This document shows positions 1 through 7,680 of a stretch of 19,349 nucleotides of DNA, piece after piece. The DNA comes from Bdellovibrionota bacterium (GTDB taxonomy: Bacteria > Bdellovibrionota_C > UBA2361 > JBIKUX01), in contig JBIKUX010000032.1 in assembly GCA_044347345.1 (NCBI GenBank), forward strand, positions 1 to 19,349, given 5' to 3'. A program made the translations under genes and the position numbers. Numbering within the stretch: position 1 is the stretch's first letter; each line of letters starts with the position of its first letter. The notes below the pieces were generated by a model. It was not told the origin of the DNA and made no database searches. It was given only the letters and a program-made list of their open reading frames with translations.

Positions 1-1
1 C

Positions 2-376
2 TTAGCAAAATTTGAAGATTGGATTAAGAATACTGGGAATAAGATTCTTCCAATTCACTCTCTAGCGGTAATAGGTGATATGTTATCTGATGGTAGTGCA
101 TGCAGTGAACGATTTTGGAGAGCTCAAAGCGTAGCTGAATTTTATCAACCTGATGAGATAAGTACACTTTATAATATTGGTTCTGTTAGCTCTGAGGGTG
201 CCTCCGTTGCTTTACGACCTATTGAGAGTATGGCTAATAAAGTGGCACAAGCAAAATCGGCGGTTGCCAAGAAAGTACAGTCGAAGAAAAAGAAAATAAC
301 TCCAGGTTTTAGACCAAAACCATGTAAGCCAGGTCGACCTACTAAACCCAACCCTAATCGCCCCAGTTTTAAGTAA
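2..376 (+). CDS. Hypothetical protein, 5'-truncated by window edge; Lys/Pro-rich basic C-terminal tail
   Basis: The frame of the listed ORF 80..376 is open back to base 2 (LAKFEDWIKNTGNKILPIHSLAVIGDM...), so the gene starts upstream. It ends KKVQSKKKKITPGFRPKPCKPGRPTKPNPNRPSFK-TAA. No family recognised. Confidence 0.7.
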   Translation, partial: LAKFEDWIKNTGNKILPIHSLAVIGDMLSDGSACSERFWRAQSVAEFYQPDEISTLYNIGSVSSEGASVALRPIESMANKVAQAKSAVAKKVQSKKKKITPGFRPKPCKPGRPTKPNPNRPSFK

Positions 377-441
377 GTAATAAATATGGCTGGTTTGCCT
401 TAAATATAAAAAGATGAGGTCTATAATCAATTCGGAAATAA

Positions 442-501
442 ATGAAAAGATTTAGATCTTATCGATGTATACTACTACTACTACTAGTAACGCAAAAATA
501 A
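442..501 (+). other. Candidate 19-aa micro-ORF MKRFRSYRCILLLLLVTQK with five tandem CTA (Leu) codons
   Basis: ATG 442-444, (CTA)5 at 472-486, TAA 499-501. TATAAT at 422-427 and GGA at 434-436 lie upstream. Too short for the ORF track. Confidence 0.35.
470..486. repeat. Trinucleotide microsatellite (TAC)5TA
   Basis: tactactactactacta read directly at 470-486. Confidence 0.9.
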
Positions 502-523
502 ATAGATCTCGCTAGATTAGATT

Positions 524-1111
524 ATGTTACCCAATTATTTTACAACTCGCAGACTGGATACTATTTTTTTTGGTTTAATCTGTTATATCGCATCCTTAAT
601 GATTTTTGGATGTGGGGGAGGCACTTATGGTACAGGTGGTAGAAGCCAAGAAATTACAATTAAGTTAGCAAGTGCTACTTTTCTAGATAATAATCCGACT
701 CAACTGCAAATAGCTGGCGTAGATGGCATAGTAAATGTAAACAGTCAAAATATAAGTAGTAGAGAGAGCGAGTTTACAGCTAGAGTTAATCCAGAAGTAC
801 CAATCACTTTAGCCCGAGTAACTTTTTCTGACGGCAAATATCAAGACTTTTATTTTGAAACTGGTTCAGCAATTAGCTCCGGAGAGGTAACGGTTTCTTC
901 TGATATTTCATATGCTCCCAAAATACCAAACAGTGAGGATATTAAAGGATCATGCCAAGCTATTTTAGATTCTTGGACCTATGTAGTAGCAACAGAAACT
1001 GGCGACTTTTCTTCTGAGCAAATAAGTTTGATTCAGGAAAAAATAGTTGATGAAACTCTAAATTGTAATCAAAAACAGCAGGCTATAGCGGAGATAGCAT
1101 TTTTTGAGTGA
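524..1111 (+). CDS. Putative lipoprotein of unknown function
   Basis: Basic N-region (RR), hydrophobic stretch IFFGLICYIASLMIF, and lipobox-like IFG-C followed by a Gly-rich tether CGGGTYGTGG. A terminator-like hairpin follows the gene. Confidence 0.7.
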   Translation: MLPNYFTTRRLDTIFFGLICYIASLMIFGCGGGTYGTGGRSQEITIKLASATFLDNNPTQLQIAGVDGIVNVNSQNISSRESEFTARVNPEVPITLARVTFSDGKYQDFYFETGSAISSGEVTVSSDISYAPKIPNSEDIKGSCQAILDSWTYVVATETGDFSSEQISLIQEKIVDETLNCNQKQQAIAEIAFFE

Positions 1112-1150
1112 TATTTTTCTCAAATTGTCAGTTAAGTTGAAAAAAACTTT

Positions 1151-1187
1151 GGCCGACTCCTTCTCCTTATAGGAGTTGGTCTTATTT
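1151..1187 (+). terminator. Probable intrinsic terminator after the lipoprotein gene
   Basis: 11-bp stem GGCCGACTCCT (1151-1161) / AGGAGTTGGTC (1171-1181) with two G-U pairs and a 9-nt loop, followed by TTATTT. Confidence 0.65.
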
Positions 1188-1200
1188 ATACGGTATGCCA

Positions 1201-1218
1201 AATTTCAGTACTAAAATT
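1201..1218. promoter_or_regulatory. Near-perfect 18-bp palindrome, possible operator
   Basis: AATTTCAGTACTAAAATT matches its reverse complement at 16/18 positions. It lies about 80 bp upstream of ORF 1299. Confidence 0.3.
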
Positions 1219-1298
1219 GGTAGGGTCAACGAAATTTAAAATAAAAGATTTGCTTATAAGTTAGGTCGCTCGTAGCTGTTACTTTGTGAGGATTTATA

Positions 1299-1802
1299 AT
1301 GGCAAGTTCGGGGCAAAACGAGCATGAACAAAGGTTTAACTTAGAGACAATGGACCCTGACACAGAGCAAATTGATATTAATCCTTTAACAGACAAAACG
1401 GGTAATCATACTGATATCATCTTTATAGATGAGCTTACTCCAATCAGTGAGATACAAGGAGCTAATAAGCAATTTAATGTTTGGCCTGATGGCTTTATAG
1501 AAAGAATTAATGAGGGTATTCGCCAGTGTGGTATCCCCCTTGCCTGGCATTTTGGTAAAACAGGACGTTTTAAGGTGTCAGAATCTCTAAAAGAAAATGA
1601 TACTTATTTTCTTGAACTGCAAAACAATGAAAGATTAACTTTTGCATGGATTGAATACGTGTTACCCGGAAAGGTTAAAAGGTCGAGACGTGGGCCAGAT
1701 AGCGAAGATGAGATGTCATCGGAAGAGCTTGCAGCTTTTCTCGATATGGCATCCCAAGCTTTTCTAAAAACTTACTTAAGTGAAGATGAACAGCTATCCT
1801 AG
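1299..1802 (+). CDS. Hypothetical protein, acidic termini
   Basis: 167-aa ORF with SD-like GAGG at about 1288-1291 and a terminator downstream. No family recognised. Confidence 0.7.
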   Translation: MASSGQNEHEQRFNLETMDPDTEQIDINPLTDKTGNHTDIIFIDELTPISEIQGANKQFNVWPDGFIERINEGIRQCGIPLAWHFGKTGRFKVSESLKENDTYFLELQNNERLTFAWIEYVLPGKVKRSRRGPDSEDEMSSEELAAFLDMASQAFLKTYLSEDEQLS

Positions 1803-1818
1803 CAAGAACTAGTCGAGT

Positions 1819-1851
1819 TAAAAAATAATGGGCGTAACCTATTATTTTTTA
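1819..1851. terminator. Bidirectional terminator-like inverted repeat between convergent genes
   Basis: TAAAAAATAATGGG-cgtaa-CCTATTATTTTTTA forms a 14-bp stem (one G-U) with an A-tract on the left and a T-tract on the right, between the stops at 1802 (+) and 1859 (-). Confidence 0.75.
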
Positions 1852-1858
1852 GGTAAAT

Positions 1859-2539
1859 TTAATTAAAAATCACCAGACGTTTGAGTAGTTCCTCTGCTTT
1901 TTGCTGCGATAATGATTTTTTTTGAGTAAAAAAGGCAAAACCGATATCTGCTCCTTGAGGAAATTTTTCTTTCTGAAGTAAGGTTGTACTCAATAAGCGA
2001 AGAGTACCAATCATATGCTTATCTTCATTTCTGCCGGTAAAGGTTGCTCCAACTCCTTGAAATTTAGCTAAATTAGGAAGAACAAAAAAAGATACATCAC
2101 GCCCTCTACGAGTATCCCCCTGAGCTGCTAAGAAAGTAAGAACTGTTTGGTTAAATCCAGAGGTAACTGATTTTGTTGTTTTAAAAAGACGCACTGCCGC
2201 AAACATTTTCTCTGGCTCAACGTATAGCTTTGAATCGTTATTTAACTCGTGTGGAGCAATTAACAGAGATAATTTAGCTTCTTCTTCCGGAAAAAAAAGT
2301 TGAACATAGGCACTTCCTTTTGAGCCGTGGTAAGCTTGCGCTTCCCTAATGCCTTGAGGTAAAGGAGCTCCAATGATGGATTCTATCGGTATATATGAGG
2401 CATAATAGGCCGAGCGATAAAGCCAAGATAGAAAAATAATTACCGCAATTGTACTGATAACAAGTGCGCGTACTGTCAGGCTTCCCAAAAATTGCAAATT
2501 GTTGGAGTGTTTCATAGAGACTTGCATTAACTCTTTCAT
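1859..2539 (-). CDS. Hypothetical membrane-anchored protein
   Basis: One hydrophobic N-terminal segment (ALVISTIAVIIFLSWLY). The listed start at 2677 overlaps hisG, so an ATG at 2539 (MKEL) or 2515 (MKHS) is more plausible. No family recognised. Confidence 0.65.
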   Translation of the reverse strand: MKELMQVSMKHSNNLQFLGSLTVRALVISTIAVIIFLSWLYRSAYYASYIPIESIIGAPLPQGIREAQAYHGSKGSAYVQLFFPEEEAKLSLLIAPHELNNDSKLYVEPEKMFAAVRLFKTTKSVTSGFNQTVLTFLAAQGDTRRGRDVSFFVLPNLAKFQGVGATFTGRNEDKHMIGTLRLLSTTLLQKEKFPQGADIGFAFFTQKKSLSQQKAEELLKRLVIFN

Positions 2540-2547
2540 AGAGACTT
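2510..2547. repeat. Perfect 14-bp direct repeat with 24-bp period
   Basis: TTTCATAGAGACTT at 2510-2523 and 2534-2547. Confidence 0.85.
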
Positions 2548-2604
2548 TTGAGAGCCTCTTTCTGTCGCAATAGTATTTGACAAAGAGTATATGAGGTCGC
2601 AACC

Positions 2605-2631
2605 TTGCACCATCACTGTATACTAAATTGA
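2605..2631 (+). other. Candidate His leader micro-ORF (M)HHHCILN
   Basis: SD-like GAGGT 2593-2597, 7-nt spacer, then TTG CAC CAT CAC TGT ATA CTA AAT TGA. The stop overlaps the hisG-frame TTG at 2628 (TTGA). Confidence 0.45.
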
Positions 2632-3578
2632 ATCTTAAATTCTTAATTTTTGTGAACGAACGTACTGAATGGCTCACTCTCGCAGTTCAAAAGGCAGGTA
2701 GGCTTAGTGAAGACTCTCTTCAGTTGCTTGCAGAATGTGGCATAGCACTCAACTTATCTGGCAGTAGGTCTGGGAAGCTGCGCGTCCGTGCATCAAACTT
2801 TCCTCTCGAGGTTTTGTTTGTTAGAGATGATGACATTCCAGCTTTAGTTAACGACGGTATTGTTGATGTCGGCATTGTTGGAGCCAATCTTATTGCTGAA
2901 AAAGGTGGTCAATATGCTACCTTACAGCGCTTAGGTTTTTCACAATGTAGGCTTGCTATAGCTGTGCCTAAGGGGTTTGCATATTCCGGAACTTCGTCAT
3001 TAGCGGGTGCGCGCATAGCTACTTCGTATCCTCGATTACTTTCCGAATTTTTAACTTCTAATGGTATTGAGGCTACCATTCACGAGATTAGCGGTTCTGT
3101 AGAAATTGCACCATCTTTGGGGCTTGCTGAGGCAATATGCGATCTTGTTAGTTCAGGCAGTACGTTAATCAGTAACGGATTAGTTGAAGTAGAGACTATC
3201 TTTTATTCAGAAGCGCTTCTCATCGGGCGAACCTCACTCGACTTAATGAGTGCTGAATATGAAGGAGCGTCTCCTCCGGCACTAATAATGATGGAGAAAA
3301 GTGCCTTATTGCGTCGCCTTGTGTTTAGAATTGGCTCTGTACTGAAAGCTCGTGAGCATAAGTATATAGTTCTTAATGCACCTGTAAGCTCACTAGAACA
3401 AATAAAGGCTCTTTTACCCGGAATGAAGAGCCCTACTGTTATACCTCTTGCTGAAGAGGGATGGTGTGCTGTTCATTCTGTTGTTGCGGAGTCTCATTTT
3501 TGGGAAATTATTGAGAGTCTCAAAGAGGCTGGTGCTCAGGGGATTTTAGTAGTCCCAATTGAAAAGATGGTAGGATGA
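2628..3578 (+). CDS. hisG: ATP phosphoribosyltransferase, long form
   Basis: Motifs LAVQKAGRL, VRDDDIP, RIATSYP, ISGSVEIAPSLGLAEAICDLVSSGSTL, plus the C-terminal regulatory domain (LPGMKSPTV...GAQGILVVPIEKM). The start is either TTG 2628 or GTG 2652. Confidence 0.97.
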   Translation: MNLKFLIFVNERTEWLTLAVQKAGRLSEDSLQLLAECGIALNLSGSRSGKLRVRASNFPLEVLFVRDDDIPALVNDGIVDVGIVGANLIAEKGGQYATLQRLGFSQCRLAIAVPKGFAYSGTSSLAGARIATSYPRLLSEFLTSNGIEATIHEISGSVEIAPSLGLAEAICDLVSSGSTLISNGLVEVETIFYSEALLIGRTSLDLMSAEYEGASPPALIMMEKSALLRRLVFRIGSVLKAREHKYIVLNAPVSSLEQIKALLPGMKSPTVIPLAEEGWCAVHSVVAESHFWEIIESLKEAGAQGILVVPIEKMVG

Positions 3579-3607
3579 CCTAACTAAATTAACCGCTGGG
3601 CATTTGT

Positions 3608-5533
3608 ATGCTAATTATAAATCGTTTCCCCTCTCGAGATGAATGGTCGTCTTTAATAAATAGACCTCAAGTTGCTTACGATTCTTTAATTCAAGTAGTT
3701 GATCCTATTTTAAGTGATGTAAGAGCACGGGGCGATGATGCTCTAAGAGACTATACCTTGCGTTTTGATGGAATAGCCCCATTTTCGCTTAGAGTATCTG
3801 ATCAGGAGATCTTGTGTGCTGAAGAAAGCCTTCCTGATGATTTAAAAAAAGCTATCCGTACTGCTGTAGGCACAATAGAAGCCTTTCATGCCGCTCAAAT
3901 GAGTGATGATTGCCAAGGAAAAATTTCTGTTGAGACTATTCCAGGAATATTCTGCCGGCGAGTTTTGCGGCCTATTCAAAAGGTAGGTTTTTATGTTCCG
4001 GGTGGATCTGCTCCTCTTTTTTCTTCAGTCCTAATGATGGCAATTCCTGCAAGATTAGCCAAAGTTCCCAAACGTATACTTTGCTCTCCTCCACAAAAGC
4101 AACGTCAAAAGGTACAAGTTGATGATGATACAACTGGAGTACATCCAGCTATCTTGTATGCCGCACATTTAACGGGCATTAGTGAGATTTATGCTGTTGG
4201 TGGTGCTCAAGCTATCGGTGCCATGGCTTATGGAACAGAAACAATTCCTAAAGTTGATAAAATTTTTGGTCCTGGAAATCAGTATGTAACGGTAGCTAAA
4301 CAGCGAGTGAGTCTTGATTGTGTTGGCATAGACATTCCCGCTGGCCCGTCAGAACTTTTAATTATAGCGGATAGTAATGCTAACCCAAGCTTTATTGCTG
4401 CTGACTTATTATCGCAGGCGGAGCACGGTGGTGATAGTCAAGTAGTTTTGGTGACAACACAAGAAACCCTTATTGCAGCTGTCCAAGGAGAGTTAGCGCG
4501 GCAGCTTGCAAATCTTTCGAGAAAATCAACCGCAGAGATATCACTTGCACATAGCAGAGCTATTTTGGTTAATTCATTAGCAGAGGCCGTTGAATTTTCT
4601 AATTGCTATGCTCCAGAACATTTAATTATAGCGACGGAAAATCCCGCCGAATTAATGGAACAAGTTCACGCAGCGGGTTCAGTTTTTCTCGGTAATTATA
4701 CACCAGAATCACTTGGTGATTACGCTTCTGGAACCAATCATATACTTCCGACCGCTGGTTGGGCTCGTTCTTGGAGCGGTGTATCAGTTTCGTCTTTTTT
4801 AAAAGGTATAACTGTTCAGGAGGCCACTGAGGTTGGTTTATTAAATATTGGACCAGTAGTTGAAACTTTGGCGCAAGCAGAAGGGCTTGATGCTCATGCT
4901 TTAGCGGTGAGTATTAGATATGAAGAGTGCTCAAAATTGCAAATAAATGGCGTGCAACACCGACGTGGTAGCGTTGTTCGTCAAACAGGAGAAACTACGA
5001 TTGCTATCGAAGTTTTGCTTGATGTTGACGGTAAGGCTGTAATTGAGACCGGTATCGGTTTTTTTGACCACATGCTAAATCAGATAGCCAGACATAGTGG
5101 TATAAGAATACATGTAAGGGCTGAGGGTGATCTTAACGTTGATGAGCATCACTTAATTGAGGACGTCGGTATAGCACTTGGTACTGCTTTGCGGCAGGCT
5201 CTAGGGGCAAAGCATGGCATAGCACGGTATGCTTTTTTGGTGCCGTTAGATGAGTCTCTTACTCACATTGCGCTTGACCTTTCTGGCCGGGCTCATCTTG
5301 AGTGGAACGGTAGTTTTTATCGGGATAGTGTAGGTGGTTTCCCTACCGAGATGGTGCGTCATTTTTTCTGGTCTCTTTGTGAAGCTCTTAGATGTTCGCT
5401 TCATATCAGAGTAGAGGGGGAGAATGATCATCATAAAATTGAAACCGTTTTTAAAGCTTTTGGAAGAGTACTTGGAGAAGCAATACGTAAAACCGATCAA
5501 CAAGGAGTCCCGAGTACAAAAGGTATGCTATGA
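3608..5533 (+). CDS. hisD-hisB: Fused histidinol dehydrogenase (about aa 1-440) / imidazoleglycerol-phosphate dehydratase (about aa 452-641)
   Basis: HisD motifs: VGFYVPGGSAPLFSS, GGAQAIGAMAYGT, KIFGPGNQYV, DIPAGPSE, LSQAEHG, APEHL, GDYASGTNHILPT, EGLDAH. IGPD motifs: RQTGET, TGIGFFDHML, DEHHLIED, NDHHKIE, PSTKG. There is no stop between the two domains. Confidence 0.95.
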   Translation: MLIINRFPSRDEWSSLINRPQVAYDSLIQVVDPILSDVRARGDDALRDYTLRFDGIAPFSLRVSDQEILCAEESLPDDLKKAIRTAVGTIEAFHAAQMSDDCQGKISVETIPGIFCRRVLRPIQKVGFYVPGGSAPLFSSVLMMAIPARLAKVPKRILCSPPQKQRQKVQVDDDTTGVHPAILYAAHLTGISEIYAVGGAQAIGAMAYGTETIPKVDKIFGPGNQYVTVAKQRVSLDCVGIDIPAGPSELLIIADSNANPSFIAADLLSQAEHGGDSQVVLVTTQETLIAAVQGELARQLANLSRKSTAEISLAHSRAILVNSLAEAVEFSNCYAPEHLIIATENPAELMEQVHAAGSVFLGNYTPESLGDYASGTNHILPTAGWARSWSGVSVSSFLKGITVQEATEVGLLNIGPVVETLAQAEGLDAHALAVSIRYEECSKLQINGVQHRRGSVVRQTGETTIAIEVLLDVDGKAVIETGIGFFDHMLNQIARHSGIRIHVRAEGDLNVDEHHLIEDVGIALGTALRQALGAKHGIARYAFLVPLDESLTHIALDLSGRAHLEWNGSFYRDSVGGFPTEMVRHFFWSLCEALRCSLHIRVEGENDHHKIETVFKAFGRVLGEAIRKTDQQGVPSTKGML

Positions 5534-6114
5534 AGGTTGTTCTTGTAGAATATAATGCTGGTAATTACAGGTCTGTAATATGTGCTCTAAATCGTCTAGG
5601 AATTTTTCCAGAAGTATCAGCTGATCCCGCGACAATCAGAAGAGCTGATAGAGTAATTTTTCCAGGAGTGGGAGAAGCTAGCACTACTATGCAATATCTT
5701 CATTCCTCAGGTCTTAGTTCGGTAATTGTTAGCCTTACTCAGCCCATTTTAGGCATATGTTTAGGGATGCAGCTTTTGTGTAAAGCTTCAGAGGAAAATG
5801 ATACTGAATGTTTAAATTGTTTTTCTGAGCAAGTCCGTCGATTTCGGCAAATGCGTAAGATTCCTCACATTGGTTGGAATGAAGTGTATAAATTAACTGG
5901 TCCTCTTTTTGAGGGTATACCTGAGGGATCTCACTGTTATTTTGTTCATAGTTACTATGTTTCAGTTGGGGCTCATACTACAGCAGAAACTATCTACGGA
6001 GAGTCGTTTTCTGCAAGTATACAATCCGGTAATCGTTTTGCTGTGCAATTTCATCCAGAAAAAAGTGGAGAAGTTGGAGCCCAGATTCTTAATAATTTTT
6101 TAAGACTCGAGTGA
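5530..6114 (+). CDS. hisH: Imidazole glycerol phosphate synthase glutaminase subunit
   Basis: AGN, FPGVG, GICLGMQ (catalytic Cys), PHIGWN, YFVHSY, QFHPEKS. ATGA overlap with the upstream gene. Confidence 0.97.
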   Translation: MKVVLVEYNAGNYRSVICALNRLGIFPEVSADPATIRRADRVIFPGVGEASTTMQYLHSSGLSSVIVSLTQPILGICLGMQLLCKASEENDTECLNCFSEQVRRFRQMRKIPHIGWNEVYKLTGPLFEGIPEGSHCYFVHSYYVSVGAHTTAETIYGESFSASIQSGNRFAVQFHPEKSGEVGAQILNNFLRLE

Positions 6115-6126
6115 GGTGTTTTCACT

Positions 6127-6864
6127 ATGTTTATTCCAATACCAGCTATTGACCTTATTGAAGGTAAGTGCGTACGCCTTACTAAGGGAGATTATACAAA
6201 ATCTAAGATTTATAATTTCGATCCCGTTGAGTTTGCCCGCGAAGTGGAAGGAGAAGGGCTACCTCGACTTCATGTTGTTGATCTAGATGGTGCTAAGACC
6301 GGTGTAGTAGTAAATTATCGTGTGCTTGAAAAGATTACCAATGAAACTTCTCTCGTAGTGGATTTTGGTGGTGGAGTTAAAAGTGATGACTCTCTTCGTA
6401 TTGCCATGGAGTGTGGTGCCGCGCAGATAGTAATTGGGAGTTTAGCTGTAAAGGAGTCAGCGCTTTTTGAGCATTGGATTGGAGAGCACGGAGCCCACCG
6501 ATTTATCTTGGGTGCTGATGCTCGTCAAGGATTAGTGGCGGTATCTGGTTGGAAGGAGCTTACTGAGATTACTCTTAATGATTTAATCGATGAGTATCAC
6601 AATAAAGGGATATATTACGTTATCTGCACTGATATTGAACGAGACGGAATGTTACAAGGTTCTTCCTTGGATTTGTATAAATCGCTCAGAGAGCGGTTCC
6701 CTGAAGTAAAGCTAATAGCTAGTGGTGGAGTTAGTGCATTGAGTGAACTAGACTCTTTGGCTGATATTGGAGCTTATGGCGCAGTAATTGGCAAAGCTCT
6801 TTACGAAGGATATTTTACTTTAAAGAGTTTGGGAGATTGGCATCAAAAAATACGAGTATCTTAG
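6127..6864 (+). CDS. hisA: ProFAR isomerase
   Basis: [64 protein letters not shown] lies upstream. Confidence 0.97.
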   Translation: MFIPIPAIDLIEGKCVRLTKGDYTKSKIYNFDPVEFAREVEGEGLPRLHVVDLDGAKTGVVVNYRVLEKITNETSLVVDFGGGVKSDDSLRIAMECGAAQIVIGSLAVKESALFEHWIGEHGAHRFILGADARQGLVAVSGWKELTEITLNDLIDEYHNKGIYYVICTDIERDGMLQGSSLDLYKSLRERFPEVKLIASGGVSALSELDSLADIGAYGAVIGKALYEGYFTLKSLGDWHQKIRVS

Positions 6865-6868
6865 ATTC

Positions 6869-7663
6869 ATGCTTACTAAACGTATTATACCCTGTTTAGA
6901 CATTCGTGATGGGCGCACCGTTAAAGGCGTTTATTTTGAGAGTATTCGTGATGCTGGTGATCCAGTTGAGTTGGCAACTAGATACAGTAAAGATGGTGCT
7001 GATGAGCTAGTTTTTCTTGATATTACCGCGACCGTAGAAGCTAGAAAGGCACTTGTGCCACTTGTATCTCGAATTGCTGAAGAGCTTGATATACCGTTTA
7101 CTGTAGGTGGAGGTATATCGTCAGTGGAAGATGTTCGAGCACTCATCCGAGCTGGTGCCGATAAAGTTTCAGTTAATTCAGCGGCCGTAAAACATCCTGA
7201 GTTAATCAATCAATTGGTGAGTGCGTTTGGCAGTCAGTGTATCGTTATTGCTGTAGATGTTAAGTGTATAGGCGGAACTTGGAAGGTTTTTGTGAAAGGC
7301 GGAAGAGAAGAAACTCCTTTTGAGGCTAATGAGTGGATCCAAGAAGCGGTAGGAAGAGGAGCAGGGGAGATCTTATTAACTTCAATGGATCACGACGGTT
7401 CTAAGAATGGATTTGCAATAGATCTTGTACGAAATATCTCTCAGTTAGTTCCTGTTCCAGTAATAGCATCTGGAGGAGCCGGTAGTGTTAGTGATTTTGT
7501 AGAAGTATTTCTTAAGGGTGAGGCTGATGCTGCACTTGCGGCGAGTGTATTTCACTTTGGAGAGCTTTCAATTACGGCTGTTAAGGAAGCTTTATCGAAT
7601 CATAATATTCCGGTAAGAAATATATATAACAGCTCTCTACAAACACGTTCGATTAGCAATTAG
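6869..7663 (+). CDS. hisF: Imidazole glycerol phosphate synthase cyclase subunit
   Basis: [73 protein letters not shown]. Confidence 0.98.
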   Translation: MLTKRIIPCLDIRDGRTVKGVYFESIRDAGDPVELATRYSKDGADELVFLDITATVEARKALVPLVSRIAEELDIPFTVGGGISSVEDVRALIRAGADKVSVNSAAVKHPELINQLVSAFGSQCIVIAVDVKCIGGTWKVFVKGGREETPFEANEWIQEAVGRGAGEILLTSMDHDGSKNGFAIDLVRNISQLVPVPVIASGGAGSVSDFVEVFLKGEADAALAASVFHFGELSITAVKEALSNHNIPVRNIYNSSLQTRSISN

Positions 7664-7680
7664 GGGTAGTTTAAATAGTC

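Noticed and set aside
169-430. Minus-strand ORFs 169..351 and 212..430
   Set aside because: Antisense shadows of the + strand gene ending at 376, with no independent support.
2591-2626. Short ORF MRSQPCTITVY from ATG 2591
   Set aside because: Weak, closely spaced SD and no His codons in this frame. The overlapping TTG frame has the better SD.
2540-2651. Classical his attenuator, T-box or riboswitch
   Set aside because: The region is too short, and has no GC-rich terminator with a U-tract and no T-box consensus.
2540-2677. N-terminal extension of ORF 1859..2677
   Set aside because: It would overlap hisG head-to-head and cover the divergent control region. Downstream ATGs at 2539/2515 place the hydrophobic segment near the N-terminus.
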